64,000 nt of DNA from Nemertoderma westbladi (Eukaryota > Animalia > Xenacoelomorpha), in contig JAUCBJ010001975.1 of the NCBI GenBank assembly GCA_032718475.1, positions 36,649-100,648 of the forward strand, written 5' to 3'. The translations under genes and the position numbers were made by a program. The number at the start of each line of letters is the position of its first letter. The stretch's first letter is position 1. Below, piece after piece: positions 15,001-28,442 of the stretch. The notes below the pieces were generated by a model. The model saw nothing but the letters and a program-made list of their open reading frames with translations, searched no databases and was not told the DNA's origin.

Positions 15001-16135
15001 GTTTGGGACTGGGTTAGGGTTGAGTTGGAAGGTGAAACAAGGTTTGGGTTGAGTTTAGGTTTTTGGTTTTGGTTATGTTTGGGACTGGGTTATGGTTGAG
15101 TTGGAAGGTGAGACTGGGTTAGGGTTGAGTTGGAAGGTGAAACAAGGTTTGGGTTGAGTTTAGGTTTTTGGTTTTGGTTATGTTTGGGACTGGGTTTGGG
15201 TTGAGTTGGAAGGTGATATATGGTTTTGGTTGAGTTTAGGTTTTTGGTTTTGGTTATGTTTGGGACTGGGTTAGGGTTGAGTTGGAAGGTGAAACAAGGT
15301 TTGGGTTGAGTTTAGGTTTTTGGTTTTGGTTATGTTTGGGACTGGGTTATGGTTGAGTTGGAAGGTGAGACTGCGTTAGGGTTGAGTTGGAAGGTGAAAC
15401 AAAGTTAGGATTGAGTGTAGGTTTTTGGTTTTGGTTATGTTTGGGACTGGGTTAGGGTTGAGTTGGAAGGTGAAACAAGGTTTGGGTTGAGTTTAGGTTT
15501 TTGGTTTTGGTTATGTTTGGGACTGGGTTAGGGTTGAGTTGGAAGTTGAAACAAGGTTTGGGTTGAGTTTACGTTTTTGGTTTTAGTTATGTTTGGACTG
15601 GGTTTGGGTTGAGTTGGAACTTGAAACAAGGTTTGGGTTGAGTTTAGGTTTTTGGTTATGTTTGGGACTGGGTTTGGGTTGAGTTGGAAGGTGAAACAAG
15701 GTTTTGGTTGAGTTTAGGTTTTTGGTTTTTGTTATGTTTGGGACTGGGTTAGGGTTGAGTTGGAAGTTGAAACAAGGTTTGGGTTGAGTTTACGTTTTTG
15801 GTTTTAGTTATGTTTGGGACTGGGTTTGGGTTGAGTTGGAAGGTGAAACAAGGGTTGGGTTGAGTTTAGGTTTTTGGTTTTGGTTATGTTTGGGACTGGG
15901 TTTGGGTTGAGTTGGAAGGTGAAACAAGGTTTGTGTTGAGTTTACGTTTTTGGTTTTAGTTATGTTTGGGACTGGGTTTGGGTTGAGTTGGAAGGTGAAA
16001 CAAGGTTTGGGTTGAGTTTAGGTTTTTGATTTTGGTTATGTTTGAGACTGGGTTTGGGTTGAGTTGGAAGGTGATAATATGGTGTGGGTTGAGTTTAGGT
16101 TTAATTTAAAGCGTTTGGTTTTGGTTATGTTTGAT
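1..16135. repeat. 76-bp G/T-rich satellite with interspersed 29-bp sub-unit, built from degenerate GGGTTA-like hexamers; intronic
   Basis: Monomer GGGTTAGGGTTGAGTTGGAAGGTGAAACAAGGTTTGGGTTGAGTTTAGGTTTTTGGTTTTGGTTATGTTTGGGACT (period seen at 1 and 77). Short variant GGGTTATGGTTGAGTTGGAAGGTGAGACT. Roughly 200+ units, starting before the window and decaying near 16070-16190. Confidence 0.97.
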
Positions 16136-16324
16136 TTTGCTTGGGGTTTGGTGGGCCTATGTTAGATGTGTAGGGGTTGGGTGTTCGAGTTATGGTTAGT
16201 TACTGACACGTTTTAAATATTCTGTGTATTTTTTCATAATTACTGTAGGTACAGTAATTATCAATAACTTGCTTCTCGTAACAAAATTAATGTCAATAAT
16301 ATTATTGTATTTTTTACTGTTTAG

Positions 16325-16420
16325 GTTCGATCGACGTGTCCAAGTCTCAGCAAATATTATGTTGAAAATCACGGCGATCCTTGTGTCTCGAATAGTCACA
16401 GAGAACCATGGGCGAAGCAA
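16325..16420 (+). CDS. Exon (96 nt, phase 0/0): end of vWD domain / start of C8, VRSTCPSLSKYYVENHGDPCVSNSHREPWAKQ
   Basis: Acceptor ttttactgtttag|G and donor CAA|GTAAGT. Matches the mucin/vWF pattern 'S.CP...DPC..N..R..WA.K.C' and joins in frame to the exon at 33614. Confidence 0.9.
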
Positions 16421-19400
16421 GTAAGTTAATAGTCACAGAGAACCATGGGCGAAACAAGTAAGTTAATAGTCACAGAGTACCATGGGCGAAGCAAGTAAGT
16501 TAATAGTCACAGAGAACCATATGGCGAAGCAAGTAAGTTAATATTCAAAGAGAACCATGGGCGAAGCAGGTTAGTTAATAGTCACAGAGAACCATGGGCG
16601 AAGCAAGTAAGTTAATAGTCACAGAGAACCATGGGCGAAACAAGTAAGTTAATAGTCACAGAGTACCATGGGCGAAGCAAGTAAGTTAATAGTCACAGAG
16701 AACCATATGGCGAAGCAAGTAAGTTAATATTCAAAGAGAACCATGGGCGAAGCAGGTTAGTTAATAGTCACAGAGAACCATGGGCAATGCAGGTTAGTTA
16801 ATAGTAACAGATAACCATGGGCCAAGCAAGTAAGTTAATAGTCATAGAGAACAATATGGGCGAAGCAAGTAAGTTAATAGTAACAGATAACCATGGGCAA
16901 AGCAAGTAAGTTAATAGTCACAGAGAACCATGGGCGAAGCAAGTAAGTTAATAGTCATAGAGAACAATATGGGCGAAGCAAGTAAGTTAATAGTAACAGA
17001 TAACCATGGGCGAAGCAGGTTAGTTAATAGTAACAGATAACCATGGGCAAAGCAAGTAAGTTAATAGTCACAGAGAACCATGGGCAAAGCAAGTAAGTTA
17101 ATAGTCACAGAATACCATGGGCGAAGCAAGTAAGTTAATAGTCATAGAGAACAATATGGGCGAAGCAAGTAAGTTAATAGTAACAGATAACCATGGGCGA
17201 AGCAGGTTAGTTAATAGTAACAGATAACCATGGGCAAAGCAAGTAAGTTAATAGTCACAGAGAACCATGGGCAAAGCAAGTAAGTTAATAGTCACAGAAT
17301 ACCATGGGCGAAGCAAGTAAGTTAATAGTCACAGAGAACCATGGGCGAAGCAAGTAAGTTAATAGTAACAGATAACCATGGGCAAAGCAATTAAGTTAAT
17401 AGTCACAGAGTACCATGGGCGAAGCAAGTAAGTTAATAGTCACAGAATACCATGGGCGAAGCAAGTAAGTTAATAGTCACAGAGAACCATGGGCAATGCA
17501 GGTTAGTTAATAGTCACAGAGTACCATGGGCAATGCAGGTTAGTTAATAGTAACAGATAACCATGGGCAAAGCAGGTTAGTTAATAGTAACAGATAACCA
17601 TGGGCAAAGCAAGTAAGTTAATAGTCACAGAGAACCATGGGCAAAGCAAGTAAGTTAATAGTCACAGAATACCATGGGCGAAGCAAGTAAGTTAATAGTC
17701 ATAGAGAACAATATGGGCGAAGCAAGTAAGTTAATAGTAACAGATAACCATGGGCGAAGCAGGTTAGTTAATAGTAACAGATAACCATGGGCAAAGCAAG
17801 TAAGTTAATAGTCACAGAGAACCATGGGCAAAGCAAGTAAGTTAATAGTCACAGAATACCATGGGCGAAGCAAGTAAGTTAATAGTCACAGAATACCATG
17901 GGCGAAGCAAGTAAGTTAATAGTCACAGAGAACCATGGGCAATGCAGGTTAGTTAATAGTCACAGAGAACCATGGGCAATGCAAGTAAGTTAATAGTAAC
18001 AGATAACCATGGGCAAAGCAAGTAAGTTAATAGTAACAGATAACCATGGGCAAAGCAATTAAGTTAATAGTCACAGAGTACCATGGGCGAAGCAAGTAAG
18101 TTAATAGTCACAGAATACCATGGGCGAAGCAAGTAAGTTAATAGTCACAGAGAACCATGGGCGAAGCAAGTAAGTTAATATTCAAAGAGAACCATGGGCC
18201 AAGCAAGTAAGTTAATAGTCACAGAGAACAATATGGGCGAAGCAGGTTAGTTAATAGTAACAGATAACCATGGGCAAAGCAAGTAAGTTAATAGTCACAG
18301 AGTACCATGGGCGAAGCAGGTTAGTTAATAGTAACAGATAACCATGGGCAAAGCAAGTAAGTTAATAGTCACAGAGTACCATGGGCGAAGCAAGTAAGTT
18401 AATAGTAACAGATAACCATGGGCAAAGCAAGTAAGTTAATAGTAACAGATAACCATGGGCAAAGCAAGTAAGTTAATAGTCACAGAGAACCATGGGCAAA
18501 GCAAGTAAGTTAATAGTCACAGAATACCATGGGCGAAGCAAGTAAGTTAATAGTCATAGAGAACAATATGGGCGAAGCAAGTAAGTTAATAGTAACAGAT
18601 AACCATGGGCGAAGCAGGTTAGTTAATAGTAACAGATAACCATGGGCAAAGCAAGTAAGTTAATAGTCACAGAGAACCATGGGCAAAGCAAGTAAGTTAA
18701 TAGTCACAGAATACCATGGGCGAAGCAAGTAAGTTAATAGTCACAGAATACCATGGGCGAAGCAAGTAAGTTAATAGTCACAGAGAACCATGGGCGAAGC
18801 AAGTAAGTTAATAGTCACAGAATACCATGGGCCAAGCAAGTAAGTTAATAGTCATAGAGAACAATATGGGCGAAGCAAGTAAGTTAATAGTAACAGATAA
18901 CCATGGGCAAAGCAAGTAAGTTAATAGTCACAGAGAACCATGGGCAAAGCAAGTAAGTTAATAGTCACAGAATACCATGGGCGAAGCAAGTAAGTTAATA
19001 GTCACAGAGAACCATGGGCGAAGCAAGTAAGTTAATAGTAACAGATAACCATGGGCAATGCAGGTTAGTTAATAGTCACAGAGAACCATGGGCAATGCAG
19101 GTTAGTTAATAGTCACAGAGTACCATGGGCGAAGCAAGTAAGTTAATAGTCACAGAGAACCATGGGCGAAGCAAGTAAGTTAATAGTAACAGATAACCAT
19201 GGGCAAAGCAATTAAGTTAATAGTCACAGAGTACCATGGGCGAAGCAAGTAAGTTAATAGTCACAGAATACCATGGGCGAAGCAAGTAAGTTAATAGTCA
19301 CAGAGAACAATATGGGCGAAGCAGGTTAGTTAATAGTAACAGATAACCATGGGCAAAGCAAGTAAGTTAATAGTCACAGAGAACCATGGGCAAAGCAAGT

Positions 19401-22400
19401 AAGTTAATAGTCACAGAATACCATGGGCGAAGCAAGTAAGTTAATAGTCACAGAGAACCATGGGCGAAGCAAGTAAGTTAATAGTAACAGATAACCATGG
19501 GCAAAGCAATTAAGTTAATAGTCACAGAGTACCATGGGCGAAGCAAGTAAGTTAATAGTCACAGAATACCATGGGCGAAGCAAGTAAGTTAATAGTCACA
19601 GAGAACCATGGGCAAGGCAAGTAAGTTAATATTCAAAGAGAACCATGGGCCAAGCAAGTAAGTTAATAGTCATAGAGAACAATATGGGCGAAGCAGGTTA
19701 GTTAATAGTAACAGATAACCATGGGCGAAGCAAGTAAGTTAATAGTCACAGAGTACCATGGGCGAAGCAAGTAAGTTAATAGTCACAGAATACCATGGGC
19801 GAAGCAAGTAAGTTAATAGTCACAGAGAACCATGGGCAAGGCAAGTAAGTTAATAGTCACAGAATACCATGGGCGAAGCAAGTAAGTTAATAGTCACAGA
19901 GAACAATATGGGCGAAGCAGGTTAGTTAATAGTAACAGATAACCATGGGCAAAGCAAGTAAGTTAATAGTCACAGAGAACCATGGGCGAAGCAAGTAAGT
20001 TAATAGTCACAGAGAACAATATGGGCAAAGCAAGTAAGTTAATAGTCACAGAATACCATGGGCGAAGCAAGTAAGTTAATAGTCACAGAGAACCATGGGC
20101 AAAGCAAGTAAGTTAATAGTCACAGAGAACCATGGGCGAAGCAGGTTAGTTAATAGTCACAGAGAACCATGGGCAATGCAAGGTTAGTTAATAGCCACAG
20201 CGAACCATAGTTAATAGCCACAGCGAACCATGGGCAAGGCAAGTAAGTTAATAGTCACAGAATACCATGGGCGAAGCAAGTAAGTTAATAGTCACAGAGA
20301 ACCATGGGCAAGGCAAGTAAGTTAATATTCAAAGAGAACCATGGGCCAAGCAAGTAAGTTAATAGTCATAGAGAACAATATGGGCGAAGCAAGTAAGTTA
20401 ATAGTAACAGATAACCATGGGCAAAGCAAGTAAGTTAATAGTAACAGATAACCATGGGCAAAGCAATTAAGTTAATAGTCACAGAGTACCATGGGCGAAG
20501 CAAGTAAGTTAATAGTCACAGAATACCATGGGCGAAGCAAGTAAGTTAATAGTCACAGAGAACCATGGGCGAAGCAAGTAAGTTAATATTCAAAGAGAAC
20601 CATGGGCCAAGCAAGTAAGTTAATAGTCACAGAGAACAATATGGGCGAAGCAGGTTAGTTAATAGTAACAGATAACCATGGGCAAAGCAATTAAGTTAAT
20701 AGTCACAGAGTACCATGGGCGAAGCAAGTAAGTTAATAGTCACAGAATACCATGGGCGAAGCAAGTAAGTTAATAGTCACAGAGAACCATGGGCAAAGCA
20801 ATTAAGTTAATAGTCACAGAGTACCATGGGCGAAGCAAGTAAGTTAATAGTCACAGAATACCATGGGCGAAGCAAGTAAGTTAATAGTCACAGAGAACCA
20901 TGGGCGAAGCAAGTAAGTTAATAGTAACAGATAACCATGGGCAAAGCAATTAAGTTAATAGTCACAGAGTACCATGGGCGAAGCAAGTAAGTTAATAGTC
21001 ACAGAATACCATGGGCGAAGCAAGTAAGTTAATAGTCACAGAGAACCATGGGCGAAGCAAGTAAGTTAATAGTCACAGAGTACCATGGGCGAAGCAAGTA
21101 AGTTAATAGTCACAGAGTACCATGGGCGAAGCAAGTAAGTTAATAGTCACAGAGAACCATGGGCGAAGCAGGTTAGTTAATAATCACAGAGAACCATGGG
21201 CGAAGCAAGTAAGTTAATAGTCACAGATAACCATGGGCGAAGCAAGTAAGTTAATAGTCACAGAGAACCATGGTCAATGCAGGTTAATTAATAGCCACAG
21301 CGAACCATAGTTAATAGCCACAGCGAACTATGGGCGAAGCAAGTAAGTTAATAGTCACAGAGAACCGTGGGCGAAGCAAGTAAGTTAATAGTCACAGAGA
21401 ACCATATGGGCTAAGAAAGTAAGTTAATAGTCACAGAGAACCATATGGGCGAAGCGGGTAAGTTAATAGTCACAGAGAACCATGGGCGAAGCAGGTTAGT
21501 TAATAGTCACAGAGAGCCATGGGCAATGCAGGTAAGTTAATAGTCACATAGAACCATGGGCGAAGTCAGTAAGTTAATAGTCACAGAGAACCATGGGCGA
21601 AGCAGGTTAGTTAATAGTCACAGAGAACCATGGGCGAAGCAGGTTAGTTAATAGTCACAGAGAACCATGGGCGAAGCAGGTTAGTTAATAGTCACAGAGA
21701 GCCATGGGCAATGCAGGTAAGTTAATAGTCACATAGAACCATGGGCGAAGTCAGTAAGTTAGTAGTCACAGAGAACCATGGGCGAAGCAGGTTAGTTAAT
21801 AGTCACAGAGAACCATGGGCGAAGCAGGTTAGTTAATAGTCACAGAGAACCATGGGCGAAGCAGGTTAGTTAATAGTCACAGAGAACCATGGGCAATGCA
21901 GGTAAGTTAATAGTCACATAGAACCATGGGCAATGCCGGTAAGTTAATAGTCACAGAGAACCGTGGGCGAAGCAAGTATGTTAATAGTCACAGAGAACCA
22001 TGGGCGAAGCAGGTAAGTTAATAGTCACATAGAACCATGGGCAATGCCGTTAAGTTAATAGTCACAGAGAACCGTGGGCGAAGCAAGTAAGTTAATAGTC
22101 ACAGAGAATCATATGGGCTAAGAAAGTAAGTTAATAGTCACAGAGAACCATATGGGCGAAGCAGGTAAGGTAATAGTCACAGAGAGCCATGGGCGAATCA
22201 GGTTAGTTAATAGTCACAGAGAACCATGGGCGAAGCAAGTAAGTTAATAGTCACAGAGAACCCTGGGTGAAGCTGGTTAATTAATAGTCACAGAGAACCA
22301 TGGGCGAAGCAAGTAAGTTAATAGTCACAGAGAACCATGGGCGAAGCAGGTTAGTTAATAGTCACAGAGAACCATGGGCGAAGCAGGTAAGTTAATAGTC

Positions 22401-25400
22401 ACATAGAACCATGGGCAATGCCGTTAAGTTAATAGTCACAGAGAACCGTGGGCGAAGCAAGTAAGTTAATAGTCACAGAGAATCATATGGGCTAAGAAAG
22501 TAAGTTAATAGTCACAGAGAACGATATGGGCGAAGCAGGTAAGGTAATAGTCACAGAGAGCCATGGGCGAATCAGGTTAGTTAATAGTCACAGAGAACCA
22601 TGGGCGAAGCAAGTAAGTTAATAGTCACAGAGAACCCTGGGTGAAGCTGGTTAATTAATAGTCACAGAGAACCATGGGCGAAGCAGGTTAGTTAATAGTC
22701 ACAGAGAACCATGGGCAAAGCAGGTTAGTTAATAGTCACAGAGAGCCATGGGCAATGCAGGTAAGTTAATAGTCACATAGAACCATGGGCGAAGTCAGTA
22801 AGTTAATAGTCACAGAGAACCATGGGCGAAGCAGGTTAGTTAATAGTCACAGAGAACCATGGGCGAAGCAGGTTAGTTAATAGACACATAGAACCATGGG
22901 CGAAGCAAGTTAGTTAATAGTCACAGAGAACCATGGGCGAAGCAGGTTAGTTAATAGTCACAGAGAACCATGGGCGAATCAGGTTAGTTAATAGTCACAG
23001 AGAACCATGGGCGAAGCAAGTAAGTTAATAGTCACAGATAACCCTGGGTGAAGCTGGTTAATTAATAGTCACAGAGAACCATGGGCGAAGCAAGTAAGTT
23101 AATAGTCACAGAGAACCATATGGGCGAAGAAAGTAAGTTAATAGTCGCAGAGAACCATATGGGCGAAGCAGGTATGTTAATACTCACAGAGAACCATGGG
23201 CGAAGCAGGTTAGTTAATAGTCACAGAGAACCATGGGCGAAGCAGGTTAGTTAATAGTCACAGAGAGCCATGGGCAATGCAGGTAAGTTAATAGTCACAT
23301 AGAACCATGGGCGAAGTCAGTAAGTTAATAGTCGCAGAGAACCATGGGCGGAGCAGGTTAGTTAATAGTCTCAGAGAACCATGGGCGAAGTCAGTAAGTT
23401 AATAGTCACATAGAACCATGGGCGAAGCAGGTTAGTTAATAGTCACAGAGAACCATGGGCAATGCAGGTAAGTTAATAGTCACATAGAACCATGGGCGAA
23501 GTCAGTAAGATAATAGTCACAGAGAACCATTGGCGAAGCAGGTTAGTTAATAGTCACAGAGAACCATGGGCAATGCAGGTAAGTTAATAGTCACATAGAA
23601 CCATGGGCGAAGTCAGTAAGTTAATAGTCACAGAGAACCATGGGCGAAGCAGGTTAGTTAATAGTCACAGAGAACCATGGGCAATGCAGGTAAGTTAATA
23701 GTCACATAGAACCATGGGCGATGTCAGTAAGTTAATAGTCACAGAGAACCATGGGCGAAGCATGTTAGTTAATAGTCACAGAGAACCATGGGCGAAGCCA
23801 GTAAGTTAATAGTCACAGAGAACCATGGGCGAAGCCAGTAAGTTAATAGTCACAGAGAACCATGGGCGAAGCAGGTTAGTTAATAGTCACAGAGAACCAT
23901 GGGCGAAGCAGGTTAGTTAATAGTCACAGAGAACCATGGGCGAAGCCAGTAAGTTAATAGTCACAGAGAACCATGGGCGAAGCAGGTTAGTTAATAGTCA
24001 CAGAGAACCATGGGCGAAGCAGGTTAGTTAATAGTCACAGAGAGCCATGGGCGAAGCAAGTAAGTTAATAGTCACAGAGAACCATGGGCAAGGCAAGTAA
24101 GTTAATAGTCACAGAGTACCATGGGCGAAGCAAGTAAGTTAATAGTCACAGAGAACCATGGGCGAAGCAAGTAAGTTAATAGTCACAGATAACCATGGGC
24201 GAAGAAAGTAAGTTATTAGTCACAGATAACCATGGGCGAAGCAGGTTAGTTTATAGTCACAGAGAACCATGGACGAAGCAGGTTAGTTAATAGTCACAGA
24301 GAACCATGGGCAATGCAGGTAAGTTAATAGTCACATAGAACAATGGGCGAAGTCAGTAAGTTAATAGTCGCAGAGAACCATGGGCGGAGCAGGTTAGTTA
24401 ATAGTCTCAGAGAACCATGGGCGAAGTCAGTAAGTTAATAGTCACATAGAACCATGGGCGAAGCAGGTTAGTTAATAGTCACAGAGAACCATGGGCAATG
24501 CAGGTAAGTTAATAGTCACATAGAACCATGGGCGAAGTCAGTAAGATAATAGTCACAGAGAACCATTGGCGAAGCAGGTTAGTTAATAGTCACAGAGAAC
24601 CATGGGCAATGCAGGTAAGTTAATAGTCACATAGAACCATGGGCGAAGTCAGTAAGTTAATAGTCACAGAGAACCATGGGCGAAGCAGGTTAGTTAATAG
24701 TCACAGAGAACCATGGGCGAAGCAGGTTAGTTAATAGTCACAGAGAACCATGGGCGAAGCCAGTAAGTTAATAGTCACAGAGAACCATGGGCGAAGCAGG
24801 TTAGTTAATAGTCACAGAGAACCATGGGCGAAGCAAGTAAGTTAATAGTCACAGAGAACCATGGGCAAGGCAAGTAAGTTAATAGTCACAGAGTACCATG
24901 GGCGAAGCAAGTAAGTTAATAGTCACAGAGAACCATGGGCGAAGCAAGTAAGTTAATAGTCACAGATAACCATGGTCGAAGAAAGTAAGTTATTAGTCAC
25001 AGATAACCATGGGCGAAGCAGGTTAGTTTATAGTCACAGAGAACCATGGACGAAGCAGGTTAGTTAATAGTCACAGAGAACCATGGGCAATGCAGGTAAG
25101 TTAATAGTCACATAGAACAATGGGCGAAGTCAGTAAGTTAATAGTCGCAGAGAACCATGGGCGGAGCAGGTTAGTTAATAGTCTCAGAGAACCATGGGCG
25201 AAGTCAGTAAGTTAATAGTCACATAGAACCATGGGCGAAGCAGGTTAGTTAATAGTCACAGAGAACCATGGGCGAAGCAGGTTAGTTAATAGTCACAGAG
25301 AACCATGGGCGAATCAGGTTAGTTAATAGTCACAGAGAACCATGGGCGAAGCAAGTAAGTTAATAGTCACAGATAACCCTGGGTGAAGCTGGTTAATTAA

Positions 25401-27729
25401 TAGTCACAGAGAACCATGGGCGAAGCAAGTAAGTTAATAGTCACAGAGAACCATATGGGCGAAGAAAGTAAGTTAATAGTCGCAGAGAACCATATGGGCG
25501 AAGCAGGTATGTTAATACTCACAGAGAACCATGGGCGAAGCAGGTTAGTTAATAGTCACAGAGAACCATGGGCGAAGCAGGTTAGTTAATAGTCACAGAG
25601 AGCCATGGGCAATGCAGGTAAGTTAATAGTCACATAGAACCATGGGCGAAGTCAGTAAGTTAATAGTCGCAGAGAACCATGGGCGGAGCAGGTTAGTTAA
25701 TAGTCTCAGAGAACCATGGGCGAAGTCAGTAAGTTAATAGTCACATAGAACCATGGGCGAAGCAGGTTAGTTAATAGTCACAGAGAACCATGGGCAATGC
25801 AGGTAAGTTAATAGTCACATAGAACCATGGGCGAAGTCAGTAAGATAATAGTCACAGAGAACCATTGGCGAAGCAGGTTAGTTAATAGTCACAGAGAACC
25901 ATGGGCAATGCAGGTAAGTTAATAGTCACATAGAACCATGGGCGAAGTCAGTAAGTTAATAGTCACAGAGAACCATGGGCGAAGCAGGTTAGTTAATAGT
26001 CACAGAGAACCATGGGCAATGCAGGTAAGTTAATAGTCACATAGAACCATGGGCGATGTCAGTAAGTTAATAGTCACAGAGAACCATGGGCGAAGCATGT
26101 TAGTTAATAGTCACAGAGAACCATGGGCGAAGCCAGTAAGTTAATAGTCACAGAGAACCATGGGCGAAGCCAGTAAGTTAATAGTCACAGAGAACCATGG
26201 GCGAAGCAGGTTAGTTAATAGTCACAGAGAACCATGGGCGAAGCAGGTTAGTTAATAGTCACAGAGAACCATGGGCGAAGCCAGTAAGTTAATAGTCACA
26301 GAGAACCATGGGCGAAGCAGGTTAGTTAATAGTCACAGAGAACCATGGGCGAAGCAGGTTAGTTAATAGTCACAGAGAGCCATGGGCGAAGCAAGTAAGT
26401 TAATAGTCACAGAGAACCATGGGCAAGGCAAGTAAGTTAATAGTCACAGAGTACCATGGGCGAAGCAAGTAAGTTAATAGTCACAGAGAACCATGGGCGA
26501 AGCAAGTAAGTTAATAGTCACAGATAACCATGGGCGAAGAAAGTAAGTTATTAGTCACAGATAACCATGGGCGAAGCAGGTTAGTTTATAGTCACAGAGA
26601 ACCATGGACGAAGCAGGTTAGTTAATAGTCACAGAGAACCATGGGCAATGCAGGTAAGTTAATAGTCACATAGAACAATGGGCGAAGTCAGTAAGTTAAT
26701 AGTCGCAGAGAACCATGGGCGGAGCAGGTTAGTTAATAGTCTCAGAGAACCATGGGCGAAGTCAGTAAGTTAATAGTCACATAGAACCATGGGCGAAGCA
26801 GGTTAGTTAATAGTCACAGAGAACCATGGGCAATGCAGGTAAGTTAATAGTCACATAGAACCATGGGCGAAGTCAGTAAGATAATAGTCACAGAGAACCA
26901 TTGGCGAAGCAGGTTAGTTAATAGTCACAGAGAACCATGGGCAATGCAGGTAAGTTAATAGTCACATAGAACCATGGTCGAAGTCAGTAAGTTAATAGTC
27001 ACAGAGAACCATGGGCGAAGCAGGTTAGTTAATAGTCACAGAGAACCATGGGCAATGCAGGTAAGTTAATAGTCACATAGAACCATGGGCGATGTCAGTA
27101 AGTTAATAGTCACAGAGAACCATGGGCGAAGCAGGTTAGTTAATAGTCACAGAGAACCATGGACGAAGCCAGTAAGTTAATAGTCACAGAGAACCATGGG
27201 CTAATCCAGTAAGTTAATAGTTACAGAGAACCATGGGTGAAGCAGGTTAGTTAATAGTCACAGAGAACCATGGGCGAAGCAGGTTAGTTAATAGTCACAA
27301 AGAACCATGGGCGAAGCAGGTTAGTTAATAGTCACAGAGAACCATGGGCGAAGCAGGTTAGTTAATAGAAACAGAGAACCATGGGCGAAGCCAGTAAGTT
27401 AATAGTCACAGAGAACCATGGGCGAAGCCAGTAAGTTAATAGTCACAGAGAACCATGGGCGAAGCATGTTAGTTAATAGTCACAGAGAACCATGGGCGAA
27501 GCAAGTAAGTTAATAGTCACAGAGAACCATGGGCGAAGCAAGTAAGTTAATAGTCACAGATAACCATGGGCGTAGAAAGTAAGTTATTAGTCACAGATGG
27601 GCGAAGCAGGTTAGTTTATAGTCACAGAGAACCATGGACGAAGCAGGTTAGTTAATAGTCACAGAGAACCATGGGCAATGCAGGTAAGTTAATAGTCACA
27701 TAGAACCATGGGCGAAGTCAGTAAGTTAA

Positions 27730-28442
27730 GGGGAGGGGTACACCATTTTGGTCCAAAATATGTCGAAATTTTTTTTATGGTCTATTATAATGCACCATTG
27801 AATGTTGTTTTCAAATCTGAAAACCGCTATGTAATAGCTCTTTTAGTTTTCATGTTATCTAAATTTTCATTTAGGGAATCCTATTGAAATTACTATTACT
27901 ATGTATAATGAAAGGTCGATTATCTCCAAATATTTTTTTCATGAAATTGTCAACTTCAAAACCCTTCTACTTCTACAATTTTTGAGCAATTAGTCTGAAA
28001 CTTTCTGTGGGTGTCTACATAGCCACCCTGCATAAAAGTATCAGACAACTTTTCGAAATTTTTTGTTAATAAAATTTAATACTATTTATAAAAAACCTAA
28101 AAATTTGCATAAATTTGCAGCGCCACCTAGCGGTGCAGAATTATTTTAACAAAATTTCGCCTGATAGTTATGTTGCCCCATCTTTGATCTATCATATAAA
28201 AAAACTTTCATGTGATTAGGTTCAAAACTATAAAAGCCTTAGGGTTTTAAGTGCAACCAAGTTTTTTTTGTTGTTAACTAGTATTAACTAATATTAAATA
28301 GCGAAAAATTTTTTTTTTCTGACTTGTCATGTAGAATAGCATCTTAGGCATCTATATGCCAAATTTTAGCCAAAACCAAACAATTTTGAAACGCTGAGAG
28401 TGATAAATCGAAGAGTTGTCCGAAAATGGTGTACCCCCCCCC
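27730..28442. mobile_element. Non-autonomous DNA transposon (MITE), Kolobok-like, 713 bp, TTAA target-site duplication
   Basis: TTAA at 27726-27729 and 28443-28446. Left end GGGGAGGGGTACACCATTTTGG and right end CCGAAAATGGTGTACCCCCCCCC form terminal inverted repeats. No ORF. TTAA TSD with purine (GG) 5' termini fits Kolobok rather than piggyBac (CC termini). Confidence 0.85.
28116..28137 (-). promoter_or_regulatory. CTCF-type binding motif inside the MITE (second copy at 31456-31477)
   Basis: Minus strand TGCACCGCTAGGTGGCGCTGCA closely matches the CTCF core CC(A/G)CYAGRKGGCRC, and it is a GC-rich patch in an AT-rich element. Motif match only. Confidence 0.5.

Noticed and set aside
1-16135. 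True telomere
   Set aside because: TTAGGG occurs only about once per 76-bp unit, the G-rich strand points into the window rather than toward an end, and the adjacent exon implies the gene continues upstream.
16196-16424. ORFs 16224..16424 (+) and 16196..16420 (-), and similar ORFs at 33546, 41250, 61158 and 63427
   Set aside because: Wrong-frame or antisense overlaps of real exons. The Cys-patterned frame with splice sites is different.
27730-28442. piggyBac element
   Set aside because: The TTAA TSD fits, but the termini are GG...CC rather than CC...GG, and no transposase is present.
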